A DNA stretch of 32,784 nucleotides. Source: a virus. Lineage: Duplodnaviria > Caudoviricetes. Below are positions 25,295 through 32,784 of this stretch, piece after piece. The stretch spans positions 1 through 32,784 of the IMG/VR virus record IMGVR_UViG_3300048598_000307; one strand, 5' to 3'. The notes below the pieces were generated by a model. The model had not been told where the DNA came from and did not search any database. It worked only from the letters and a program-made list of their open reading frames with translations. The number at the start of each line of letters is the position of its first letter. The stretch's first letter is position 1. The translations under genes were made by a program, and so were the position numbers.

Positions 25295-26937
25295 CAGAGG
25301 CTCCTGCGCAGGCGCGGCAACATCGTGCTCCGCGGCTCGTCATCATCATGGTGGCGGCCGGCGCCCATGCCGCGGGGGCCGTCCAGCGCGACCGGGCCGG
25401 AGGCGGTCACCGCCTGGTAGCTGTAAGGAACGAAGGGCAGGCGCGTGGCCGAATAGGCGAGCGCGATCGCTATGCCGGCATCGCCGTGGCGCGTGCCGCC
25501 GGCGCCGGCGGCCGTCCGCCGCGCCGGGAGCGAAGCGATGCCCTTGATGATCTTGAAGGCGCGCAGATCCGCGCCGATCTCGGCATCCCGGGGGATCGCG
25601 ATCGCATCATCCTCGAAGGCCGCCTTCACGGGCGGCATCTCGGTCCGGTACCACTCGGTGGAGAACTTCACGCCGATCATGCTCTCGCCGAAGTTCTGGG
25701 TCCCCGATTCCGCGAGCGAGGCGCCGATGCCGGTGGCGTCGATCCGGCCGCCGATGAAGCGAGGAAGCCTCCGCACGATCGCGTCGCGGATCTGCTCCTG
25801 CTGCTGGAAGGGCACGCGCGCGAGCTCGACCATGAACGGAATGACCCGGCGCATCACGCGCGTCATCTGCATGGGGCAGAGCACCGAGAGGTCGCGATGG
25901 CGGCCGACGTCCATGCCGAAGCCGGACTGGAGAGCGGGGTCGAGCGTCGACGCCATGACCGGCGCCAGCTCGTCGTCGATCCAGCGCTGGATCTCGGCGC
26001 GGCGCCGATGCTCCGGCTCCATCGTGAAGGATTCGGGGAAGGACAGGCGCAGCACCGGCGCATCGACCATGCGCGCCTCGATCAGCGGGCCGGGAAGCCA
26101 GGCGCCGGAACCCTGCGACGGGATGCAGTAGAGCTCCTCGTCGGCGCCGTCGCCGTAATCGGAGATCAGCTTGTCGCGCCAATCGGCTTCCTTCTCCGGC
26201 GTCCACTCGCCGTGCTTGTGGGCGTTGATCAGGCAGATGCGCTCGAAGAGGCCGTCCTTCAGCGCATCGTCCAGGTCGAAGCGCACCAGCCCATAGCGCA
26301 GGCGCTGCGCACGGATATCGACGATGAGCTGGTTGAACGGGTTCTCGGCGCCGTTATGGGTCGAGATGATCAGCACCTTGCCGCCCCAGATCAGGAACGC
26401 CATCGCGGCCTTGATCAGCTCGGCCAGGTTGTCGACGAAGGCCGCCTCGTCCAGCACGGCGAAGCCCTGCCGGCCGCGGAGAGATCTAGGCTTCGACGAC
26501 AACGCCACGATCGAGAAGCCCGAGGCGAAGTCGATCTTCAGCGCCTGGACGCCCTTGTCCGAGCCATCGTCGAAGATGATGTCGCCAGTGGCCAGCACGG
26601 CCTTCTCGAACAGCCGTGCCCAGTTCGCCGCGGCGTCGATGAACTCCTTCGCCATGTCATGGGACGTGCCCATGTAGAGCGTGTCCATACCGCCATCCGC
26701 CCTGGTCGAGGCCGAGCGCAGGACCGCGTCGGCCGCAGCGCCCCAGGTGGCGCCGGTGCGGCGGGACTTCTCGACGACGACGACATCGTGCCGTTCGCAC
26801 TGGCGAACGATCTCGCTCTGATAGCCGAGCAGCACCGAGGATTCCCGCCAGTCCGGCGAGGTGGCGCGACCCTGTTTCGTGCGGATCGCGATCCATTCGT
26901 CGCGGGATGGCCGATCGACGGACGCGGCTTCAGCCAT
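25294..26937 (-). CDS. Terminase large subunit (gp28)
   Basis: EKSRRTGATW, LRGRQG, LDEAAF, ISTHNG..NPF, GMDVGR..DLS, HGD. Confidence 0.95.
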   Translation of the reverse strand: MAEAASVDRPSRDEWIAIRTKQGRATSPDWRESSVLLGYQSEIVRQCERHDVVVVEKSRRTGATWGAAADAVLRSASTRADGGMDTLYMGTSHDMAKEFIDAAANWARLFEKAVLATGDIIFDDGSDKGVQALKIDFASGFSIVALSSKPRSLRGRQGFAVLDEAAFVDNLAELIKAAMAFLIWGGKVLIISTHNGAENPFNQLIVDIRAQRLRYGLVRFDLDDALKDGLFERICLINAHKHGEWTPEKEADWRDKLISDYGDGADEELYCIPSQGSGAWLPGPLIEARMVDAPVLRLSFPESFTMEPEHRRRAEIQRWIDDELAPVMASTLDPALQSGFGMDVGRHRDLSVLCPMQMTRVMRRVIPFMVELARVPFQQQEQIRDAIVRRLPRFIGGRIDATGIGASLAESGTQNFGESMIGVKFSTEWYRTEMPPVKAAFEDDAIAIPRDAEIGADLRAFKIIKGIASLPARRTAAGAGGTRHGDAGIAIALAYSATRLPFVPYSYQAVTASGPVALDGPRGMGAGRHHDDDEPRSTMLPRLRRSL

Positions 26938-27493
26938 CGCGCACTCCGAAGAGCTCGCGCTTGAAGGCTTCCTTCGCATCGGCCGAGAGGCCCTTGGCGG
27001 CACCGACCTTCTCGATCACGGCTTCCGCCTTGGCCTTGAACTCGCCTTCCAGCTTGGTCCGGCGGACGGCGGACATGGCCTGTCCCTTCACCGTGTCGTG
27101 GAAGGCGCGGGCGAGCTCCATCGCTTCCTTTGGAGAGCGCTGGGCGGCATCGGCCTGGGTGAGCTCGAAGACAAGCATCTTGATGAATTCGCCGAGCACG
27201 ATCGAGTTGTCATCGACCTTCTCCGGCGTGAACTGGTCGGCGATGCCGGTGAAGATATGCCGGGCCTCGTCAAGCCGGATCTGCACGGCGCGTAGCTTCA
27301 CCGCCTTGCGATTGAAGGCCGAGGACGAGATCGGGTCGACGCCCTTCTGCGCCAGGCGCGTGTTGAGCTCGAACAGGATCTCTTGCTGGGTGCGCTGGCG
27401 CAGGTTGAGCTCGCCGATCGCCCAGACGATATCGTCCTGAGCGTCATCGGGGACCAGGTCCATGGAGGTGAGCCGGTTGCGGATGCCGGCCAT
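26930..27493 (-). CDS. gp27-like (DUF3486), probable small terminase
   Basis: ISSSAFNR motif; directly upstream of large terminase. Confidence 0.8.
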   Translation of the reverse strand: MAGIRNRLTSMDLVPDDAQDDIVWAIGELNLRQRTQQEILFELNTRLAQKGVDPISSSAFNRKAVKLRAVQIRLDEARHIFTGIADQFTPEKVDDNSIVLGEFIKMLVFELTQADAAQRSPKEAMELARAFHDTVKGQAMSAVRRTKLEGEFKAKAEAVIEKVGAAKGLSADAKEAFKRELFGVRDG

Positions 27494-27496
27494 GGT

Positions 27497-27796
27497 TCAG
27501 GCCTCCGGCCGCGACGGGCGCTTCACGCCTTCGATGACCAGGCGCCGGCCGACATGATCGGAGCCCTTCGCGGTGAGTTGGGCGACGCGAACCGTGCCGG
27601 CAATGACCACCGTGACCGCGGACATCGAAGCCAGCCAGTTAAGCTCGTCATGGACCCAGTCCCGGCTCTTGCTGATGCCGTAGGTTTCGAGCGTGACGCG
27701 CAGCAGCTCGGAATTCAGCCGACCGTCCGACTGCTCCTCGAGGGCGCGCAGGATGATGAGCCGGGCCTCCTGCCGGACGAGATTGTCGAAGCTCAT
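27497..27796 (-). CDS. gp26-like winged-helix protein
   Basis: RLIILRAL, LNWL, LTAKGSDH, EGVKRPS. Confidence 0.85.
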   Translation of the reverse strand: MSFDNLVRQEARLIILRALEEQSDGRLNSELLRVTLETYGISKSRDWVHDELNWLASMSAVTVVIAGTVRVAQLTAKGSDHVGRRLVIEGVKRPSRPEA

Positions 27797-28149
27797 TTGC
27801 GGGCCTGCTCCAGCAAGAATTCCTGCAAGCGTTCGGAGATCGCGGCGACTGGCTTCAGCTGCTCGCCCATGGCCCGCATCTCACCGCGCAGCTCCGAGAG
27901 CGAGAGCTGGATGGTGTGGACGGAGCCGCGGTCCGGCAGGTGGCGGAACTCGTTCTCCAGAGCCGCCACGCGGTCCTCGATCTTGTCGGCCTTGTCGATC
28001 GCGCGGTTAAACTTGCCGTCGAGCGATTCCGTCGCCCGGTCGTGATCGACCTTGGTGACGAACTTCGTCGATAGCAGCACGATCACGAGCGAGCCGAGCA
28101 GCGAGAGCACGCCGCCATAGGATTGCAGGAAAGTCAGCACGTCGTTCAC
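27793..28149 (-). CDS. gp25-like protein (DUF2730)
   Basis: N-terminal TM, RVAALENEFRHLP, coiled coil, FLLE. Confidence 0.8.
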   Translation of the reverse strand: MNDVLTFLQSYGGVLSLLGSLVIVLLSTKFVTKVDHDRATESLDGKFNRAIDKADKIEDRVAALENEFRHLPDRGSVHTIQLSLSELRGEMRAMGEQLKPVAAISERLQEFLLEQARK

Positions 28150-28424
28150 GGCCTCGCTCCATCCACGGCCGCGACACCAGCCGCCCGTCTCGTCTCGCAG
28201 ATGCGCAGGTTCGCGCGGTCTCGGCCCCAGCCGTTGGTGACCTCTGACGCGGTCATGTCGCGATCCGGCAGCGCGACCGGATCGGCACAGCGCTGGCGGG
28301 CGACGGCCGGGAGCACCGGCCGGGTGAACTCGACCTTCACGGTCGGCTCAGGGTCTGGCGCCGTCGAGCACCCGGACGCGATCGCGCCGGAGCACAAGAT
28401 CAGCGCCGCCAGCAAGCGCCGCAT
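28146..28424 (-). CDS. Outer-membrane spanin (Rz1-like lipoprotein)
   Basis: Signal peptide with ASGC lipobox, Pro-rich, C..P, W..DR..L..C; overlaps end of Rz in another frame. Confidence 0.82.
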   Translation of the reverse strand: MRRLLAALILCSGAIASGCSTAPDPEPTVKVEFTRPVLPAVARQRCADPVALPDRDMTASEVTNGWGRDRANLRICETRRAAGVAAVDGARP

Positions 28425-28731
28425 CGTTCTTCTCCAGTTCCTTCAACTGCTCTTGAAAGCGGGTTTCGGCCTCGCGGGCGGCGCCCTCGGCTCTTGCCGA
28501 GGCCAGCACCTGATCGGCCCTGGCATTGGCCACCGCCGTGTTCGCCTTCGCGATCTGGGCCTCCCATTTCGCGTCCTGAGCCTCGCGGGCGACGGTCGCC
28601 GCCTTTTCCTGCAGCCGCCCGATCTCGACCAGGCCGCGCCAGAAGCCGAGGCCGCCGGCAGCGAAAAGCAGCGCGACGACGATGACGACCGCGATCGCCT
28701 TCCAGTTCTTCCAGGCCCAGGCGGCGAACAT
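28348..28731 (-). CDS. Inner-membrane spanin (Rz-like)
   Basis: N-terminal TM then Ala/Glu coiled coil; ATG overlaps endolysin stop. Confidence 0.8.
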   Translation of the reverse strand: MFAAWAWKNWKAIAVVIVVALLFAAGGLGFWRGLVEIGRLQEKAATVAREAQDAKWEAQIAKANTAVANARADQVLASARAEGAAREAETRFQEQLKELEKNDAALAGGADLVLRRDRVRVLDGARP

Positions 28732-29213
28732 CACGCGGCCTCCGAGAGGCAGAGCTCTCGCTCGGCCTGGCGCCGGCGGGTGAGGCCCGGAAAAACGACG
28801 CCGCCGGCCTTGTTCCACTTGAGCAGGGCATCGCAGGCGGCGCGGGGCTTGTTGTCGTTCAGCAGCCGAACCACGCTGGAGCCGCAATAGGCGCCGACGC
28901 CGACATTGTAGGCGAAGGACACCATCGCGACCTGGCGGCGCATCGGCATCTCGACCTTGGTGCAGGCGAGCACACCCTGCTCGAATTCCTGAAGGCCCTT
29001 GAGCAGCATGGCGTCGCACTCGGCCTTCGTGGCCGTCATGCCCATGCGGATGCCGCGGGTTTCGCCGTAGCAGAGGGTCGCGACGCCGACGACATCGCGA
29101 TAGGCGGTCAGGCGCAAGCCCTCGAATCCGCCCACAAGCGAGATGGCAAGGGCAGCAGCGGCGGTAGCCTTCTGAAGGCGGGTGCGCGGACGAAGCGACA
29201 GGACGGCGCTCAT
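28731..29213 (-). CDS. Endolysin, GH24 lysozyme, probable SAR type
   Basis: FEGLRLTAYRDVVGVATLCYGET (E-8x-D-5x-T triad), FAYNVG, GLTRRR..E; Ala-rich N-terminal segment. Confidence 0.93.
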   Translation of the reverse strand: MSAVLSLRPRTRLQKATAAAALAISLVGGFEGLRLTAYRDVVGVATLCYGETRGIRMGMTATKAECDAMLLKGLQEFEQGVLACTKVEMPMRRQVAMVSFAYNVGVGAYCGSSVVRLLNDNKPRAACDALLKWNKAGGVVFPGLTRRRQAERELCLSEAA

Positions 29214-29410
29214 CCGAGCACCAGCCACATGAAATAGGCCAGCCACGCCGCCAAGGAGATCGCGGAGGCGATGACGAGCAGCACCATGGCGATGATGACG
29301 TTGAACGGGCCGAGCAGGCCCTGGGCGCTCGCCTGGCGACGGAAGACCAGGAAGGCGCGCACGAAGGCAGCGATCGTGACCAGGAGCGGGAGGAGCCAAC
29401 CGAAGCTCAT
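29210..29410 (-). CDS. Small two-TM membrane protein in lysis cassette, 66 aa
   Basis: MSFGWLLPLLVTIAAFVRAFLVF...FNVIIAMVLLVIASAISLAAWLAYFMWLVLG; ATGA overlaps at both ends. Confidence 0.7.
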   Translation of the reverse strand: MSFGWLLPLLVTIAAFVRAFLVFRRQASAQGLLGPFNVIIAMVLLVIASAISLAAWLAYFMWLVLG

Positions 29411-29667
29411 GCCTGGTCTCCCGAGACAGTTTCCTGCGCGACCAGCCGGGCAATGAAGGCACCCGCGGTCGCCGCGAAGGAGAGCCCGGCAAAGAGGCCG
29501 GCCGGCACGTCGATCGCCTCGCGGATCAGCGGCAGCGCGATCTCGGCGCCCGAGAGCAGGCCCGCGATGACGATGAGGCGGATCGACCAGGCGTGCTTCA
29601 GCACGCGCTTCCAGTTCCAGACGAGTTTCACGAGCTGCTCCGGCGCCGGGCACGCCAGCCCGGTCAT
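29407..29667 (-). CDS. Putative holin
   Basis: KLVWNWKRVLKHAWSIRL...ARLVAQ, two TM segments; first gene of lysis cassette; alternative GTG start at 29631. Confidence 0.75.
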   Translation of the reverse strand: MTGLACPAPEQLVKLVWNWKRVLKHAWSIRLIVIAGLLSGAEIALPLIREAIDVPAGLFAGLSFAATAGAFIARLVAQETVSGDQA

Positions 29668-29725
29668 CAGAGCGAAGATGCGGGGATCGTCAGGAAGCCG
29701 GCACGCCCCGATATCGGGGCGTCAG
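29668..29725 (-). promoter_or_regulatory. Late promoter copy 1 (Plys-like): perfect 20-bp palindrome plus -10 CATCTT
   Basis: ACGCCCCGATATCGGGGCGT at 29703-29722, touching the stop codon of the Mor/C gene. Confidence 0.8.
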
Positions 29726-30084
29726 CGGAACAGGTTGAGCTGGAGGGCGGCGGGGCGCCCATGGCGCTGCAGGATATCGTGCACCGTGTTCTCGGTGCAT
29801 CCCGCGCGCTGCGCAGTCTGCCGGCGGTTCAGCCCCATGGCAATGTAGCAGACCACGCGCCACTGCCGTCCGAACGGGACCTTGATCCAGTTGCGTCCGA
29901 ATTTCTCATGGAGCTTGGTCGCGGCGTCAAGCCCGACGATGCGGGTCACTTCGGTTTCCGGCCCCGGATCCGAGACATAAAGACGGCTACCGCCACGCTC
30001 CTCCAGCAGCTTCAACGCAGCCTCGGCGCCGATCAGCTCGACGAAGCGGGCGACATCGTCCGTGGGGGGCGGCAGCTGGGTCAT
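29722..30084 (-). CDS. Mor/C-family transcription activator
   Basis: IGAEAALKL....GG..LYV, FG...I.VP, C-terminal HTH (RRQTAQRAGCTENTVHDIL); upstream of lysis genes. Confidence 0.88.
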   Translation of the reverse strand: MTQLPPPTDDVARFVELIGAEAALKLLEERGGSRLYVSDPGPETEVTRIVGLDAATKLHEKFGRNWIKVPFGRQWRVVCYIAMGLNRRQTAQRAGCTENTVHDILQRHGRPAALQLNLFR

Positions 30085-30317
30085 CGCCGGCGCTTTCGGG
30101 GATGGCGATCGTCGGCAATGACCGTGACAAGGTTGCCGCTCTCGACGACGTAGCGCAGGCCATCCACCACGATGACGTAGTTCGCGGTGCCGGCGCGCTC
30201 GGCCATCTTGCGCCCGCGCTCCAGCGAGCCGGAGATCATGGCGCGCAGCTGCTCGACATCCAGCGCACCGGAGCGCTCAAGGAAGCGGACGAAGGCGTGA
30301 TCGGTGACGTGGATCAT
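30081..30317 (-). CDS. Hypothetical protein, 78 aa (TDHA..RFLER motif)
   Basis: ATG 30317 overlaps gemA stop; stop overlaps Mor start. Confidence 0.75.
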   Translation of the reverse strand: MIHVTDHAFVRFLERSGALDVEQLRAMISGSLERGRKMAERAGTANYVIVVDGLRYVVESGNLVTVIADDRHPRKRRR

Positions 30318-30709
30318 GCCTTTTCCCTCACCCGCTTCTGCCAGGCCTTCAGCTGCTCGATCGCCTCGCGTGCCTGAAGCGGCTTCAGGAATTCGGGCGC
30401 GGCGACCTTGAAGCGGCCGAGCACCCAGGCTCGCAGCGCGTCTCGATCGAGCGGGCCGGAATGGAGAGCGCCCCACAGCGCGTAGATCTTGCGCGTGTCG
30501 GCGCGCTCGGCCGGCGGCCTGGTCGATTCCCGCGCCTGCCAGCCGAGACGCTTGAACTCGGCGATGACGGCGATCGCGGCTTTCTCCGAGAGATCCTTCG
30601 CACTGGCGACCTTCCCGACGCGCTGAAGCAAAGCCCGATATTCTTCCTCTTGGAGCTTCAGCTCCTTCTTCGCGATGTGGATCTTCGCGAGCATGGCGGG
30701 ATGGCTCAT
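30314..30709 (-). CDS. gemA: GemA/gp16-family protein (DUF1018)
   Basis: AKIHIAKKEL, YRALL, SAKDL, KIYALW, IEQLKAW. Confidence 0.9.
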   Translation of the reverse strand: MSHPAMLAKIHIAKKELKLQEEEYRALLQRVGKVASAKDLSEKAAIAVIAEFKRLGWQARESTRPPAERADTRKIYALWGALHSGPLDRDALRAWVLGRFKVAAPEFLKPLQAREAIEQLKAWQKRVREKA

Positions 30710-30933
30710 CGACCGGTCCTCGCGATCGCGGCGAGCAGCTCCAGGCGCCGCTTCGTCAGCCGCTTCAATTCGGTTTCAACGGTGGTGGAGCGCCTCGGCG
30801 CCACATCCGCCAGCACCTTGGCCAGCCGCTCGCGCTTCTCGTCGATCCGGCCGAGCTCGTCCTTCGCCAGCAGGGCCGAGATGGCGCTGGCGTCGGAGGG
30901 AGCTGGGCGGGGAGCGAAGAAGCGCGAGGCCAT
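30706..30933 (-). CDS. Hypothetical protein, 75 aa
   Basis: SD GGAGG, stop overlaps gemA start; predicted helical. Confidence 0.7.
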   Translation of the reverse strand: MASRFFAPRPAPSDASAISALLAKDELGRIDEKRERLAKVLADVAPRRSTTVETELKRLTKRRLELLAAIARTGR

Positions 30934-30936
30934 GGC

Positions 30937-31614
30937 TCAGCCTCCGAGCTCAAGGAGCGGGGCCGGCGCCGGCTTGGCGAAGCGTGCGGCATCCAGGCGA
31001 TGGGTGTGAAGCTTGCGCTGGCCGGGCGGGATCCAGAGCGGCGCGCGCGGCTCGGCGCCATGCTTCCAGCAGACCCAGCAGTAATCGGTCGCGGTATCGC
31101 CATCCGGCTCCCAGCGCCCGCGATGCATCGGCACGCGCTCGACATAATAGGCGATGAGGAAGGGCGCGAATTCCTGGAAGAGCTGATAGCGCTCGATCGT
31201 GTGCAGCCACTGCGTCCGGACCAGGAGCGAGACGCCGCGGCGCGCCAGCCGGAGGGCGACGCGGGCGAATTCCACGGCGAGGTTGAAGGGCGGATTCGTG
31301 AAGGCCCAGTCGCAGGCGCCGAGGTTCGGACCGGCTTCCAGGAAGTCGGAGACCTCGCCATAGCCGTAGGGGAAAATGTCGCTACCGCGCGTGAACGTGA
31401 AAGTCTCGCGCAGCGGCTCGGCCATGTGACCCTCGCCACAGGCGGGATCCAGTACGATGTCACTGGTCAGCACGCCAAGCACCGGCAGCGCGACATGGTG
31501 CACGAAGGCACGCGTCGCCCACGGCGGCGTCGGGAAGAAGTCGAGAGAGTCGGCCGGCTCGACGCGCTGCGCGGCGACTGCGGTTGAGAACGCGAAGGCG
31601 CGCTGGCCTTTCAT
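30937..31614 (-). CDS. SAM-dependent N6-adenine DNA methyltransferase-like protein
   Basis: DFFPTPPW, LDPACGEG (motif I), TNPPF (motif IV). Confidence 0.85.
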   Translation of the reverse strand: MKGQRAFAFSTAVAAQRVEPADSLDFFPTPPWATRAFVHHVALPVLGVLTSDIVLDPACGEGHMAEPLRETFTFTRGSDIFPYGYGEVSDFLEAGPNLGACDWAFTNPPFNLAVEFARVALRLARRGVSLLVRTQWLHTIERYQLFQEFAPFLIAYYVERVPMHRGRWEPDGDTATDYCWVCWKHGAEPRAPLWIPPGQRKLHTHRLDAARFAKPAPAPLLELGG

Positions 31615-31658
31615 CGGACAATCCCCTTCAACTGCAGTCGTTGAGAAGGATCGACCCG

Positions 31659-32297
31659 ATGCTGGAACCTCGCCCGAGAGTTGCGCGCCGCCCTCGGCAC
31701 GGCGCGCACATCACCACCCTGTTCACGAAGCGATATGGCTTCTCGCAGGAGGTTCTTGCCGATATCGGCCTGCTTTTTCTCGCCTGGTCCCTCTTCGAGA
31801 ACGAAGTCGAGATGGCAATTTGGAAGCTGACGGAAATGCCTGTCGCGAAGCAGCGACCGGCCACCGACAAAATGCAATCGGCCGAACGCCTCAAAGCGCT
31901 CAACGATGCTATCGCTGGCCGAATTGGCCCCGAACAAAAAAGGGCTCTTGCGCTGTTTAGCGAGACCGCCGAGCACGTGCTCGCCTACCGCAATGCCATT
32001 GCCCACGGCCGGCCGTTCGGAGGGGCGATCGGAGGCCAGATGTCTATGAGCAACTACTCGTTCCACGGTGAGCGTCGAAAGCGACCTGCGGAGGTGGCCC
32101 ACTTCCTCCCGTCGATCCTGAAGCTTGCGTTGGAAGCCCTCGAAACGTTGCACCTTTGCGTCTACCAGCTTCAGATGACGCGCAACGCAGACGAAGGGAT
32201 CGCGCTGATGCTGAGCGATCCCCATCTGGCTTCGGCCCGGTCCGCGGCTCATGAGGCTCGTCACATCGCGAGCATGATCAACCACGAGAAGTATTGA
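31659..32297 (+). CDS. HEPN-motif protein, antisense moron, 212 aa
   Basis: SD GAGAAGGA before ATG 31659; IG..F.AWS.FE N-terminal helix and RNAIAH (Rx4H) motif; all-helical composition. Confidence 0.7.
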   Translation: MLEPRPRVARRPRHGAHITTLFTKRYGFSQEVLADIGLLFLAWSLFENEVEMAIWKLTEMPVAKQRPATDKMQSAERLKALNDAIAGRIGPEQKRALALFSETAEHVLAYRNAIAHGRPFGGAIGGQMSMSNYSFHGERRKRPAEVAHFLPSILKLALEALETLHLCVYQLQMTRNADEGIALMLSDPHLASARSAAHEARHIASMINHEKY

Positions 32298-32311
32298 ACT
32301 GACGAAATTCA

Positions 32312-32722
32312 TCACGCCGGCTCCCAGCGGATGAGCACGCCTGTGAACAACAGTTCCGCATCCGACGCCTCGGAGTGCGCTGCTCGCCAGAACGCGCGCA
32401 TATCTTCCCAATGAAGGAAGCCGTCCTGCCTGGCGAAATCGTCGAGGGGATCGGCGAGTTGGATCACCTCGTCGTTGTCGAGGAAGTGCACGAAGGCGTC
32501 GGTCACGAAGAGCCGCAGCGGACGCACCTCTAGGCACATCTGGTCGGCGATGATCTTCCGGCAGTGCTTCGTCCGCATGCCCTGGTAGAGCTGGATTGCC
32601 TCGCCAGGCTGGGCATGGCGTTTGCGTGGCGCCCGGATGGTCTGGCGCTTTATGATGCCGGTGGCGGGATGCCCGTTCGCAATCGGCTCGGCGAAGCGCT
32701 TGTTGAACGAATAGGCGACCAT
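32312..32722 (-). CDS. ASCH/PUA-like domain protein
   Basis: YSFNKRF, KRQTIR, PGEAIQLYQGMRT, FARQDGF; SD GGAGGA. Confidence 0.8.
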   Translation of the reverse strand: MVAYSFNKRFAEPIANGHPATGIIKRQTIRAPRKRHAQPGEAIQLYQGMRTKHCRKIIADQMCLEVRPLRLFVTDAFVHFLDNDEVIQLADPLDDFARQDGFLHWEDMRAFWRAAHSEASDAELLFTGVLIRWEPA

Positions 32723-32784
32723 CAAGGTTGTCCTCCAGCGCCCGGCGCTGTCGCTGCGAGGATCTGGCTCTCCGCGATGGTTTC
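32722..32784 (-). CDS. 3' end of an upstream phage gene (partial)
   Basis: Open frame ETIAESQILAATAPGAGGQP* with TGA overlapping the ASCH ATG. Confidence 0.45.
   Translation of the reverse strand, partial: ETIAESQILAATAPGAGGQP

Larger units (their letters stand above)
271..32784 (-). mobile_element. Mu-like transposable prophage (right end at 271; early/transposase region beyond window)
   Basis: Mu-type gene order GemA-Mor-lysis-gp25/26/27-terminase-portal-F-G-I-T-gp35-38-sheath-tube-TAC-TMP-N-P-gp45-48-fibre-MTase; terminal TG at 271 with tandem end repeats. Confidence 0.95.

Noticed and set aside
14520-26964. Long + strand ORFs (14520-15677, 16102-17415, 19619-20596, 25222-26964 and others)
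   Set aside because: Codon-aligned antisense shadows of conserved structural genes, expected at this GC content, with no motifs or coupling.
9884-29725. 27-bp palindromic repeats as CRISPR repeats, REP elements or terminators
   Set aside because: Only three copies, kilobases apart, no spacers or cas genes, no U-tract; fixed spacing to start codons points to an operator.

Overview
Positions 271-32784 are the right-hand ~32.5 kb of a Mu-like (transposable, contractile-tailed) prophage on the minus strand, in a high-GC alphaproteobacterial chromosome. Positions 1-270 are host DNA: the 5' part of serC, its serC-leader RNA and a likely promoter, with the prophage end (TG plus two tandem 22-bp repeats) 9 bp upstream of the -35 box. 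Reading right to left: late-early/middle genes (ASCH-like, N6-MTase, GemA, Mor/C activator), lysis cassette, terminase, portal, head genes, tail sheath/tube/chaperone/tape measure, baseplate, tail fibre, a second adhesin-like module, a D12-class adenine MTase in the mom position and a membrane-anchored accessory gene. The most notable signals are: (i) a four-hairpin intergenic RNA with complementary kissing loops between gp35 and gp36; (ii) three copies of a 20-bp palindromic late-promoter element, each exactly 36 nt from an ATG, implying leaderless late mRNAs; (iii) two antisense morons, a HEPN-motif protein and a stand-alone M41-like peptidase, the first covered by a sense-strand ORF coupled to both neighbours; (iv) a tail-chaperone extension reachable only by +1/-2 recoding. 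All protein calls come from motif recognition and synteny, not database searches.
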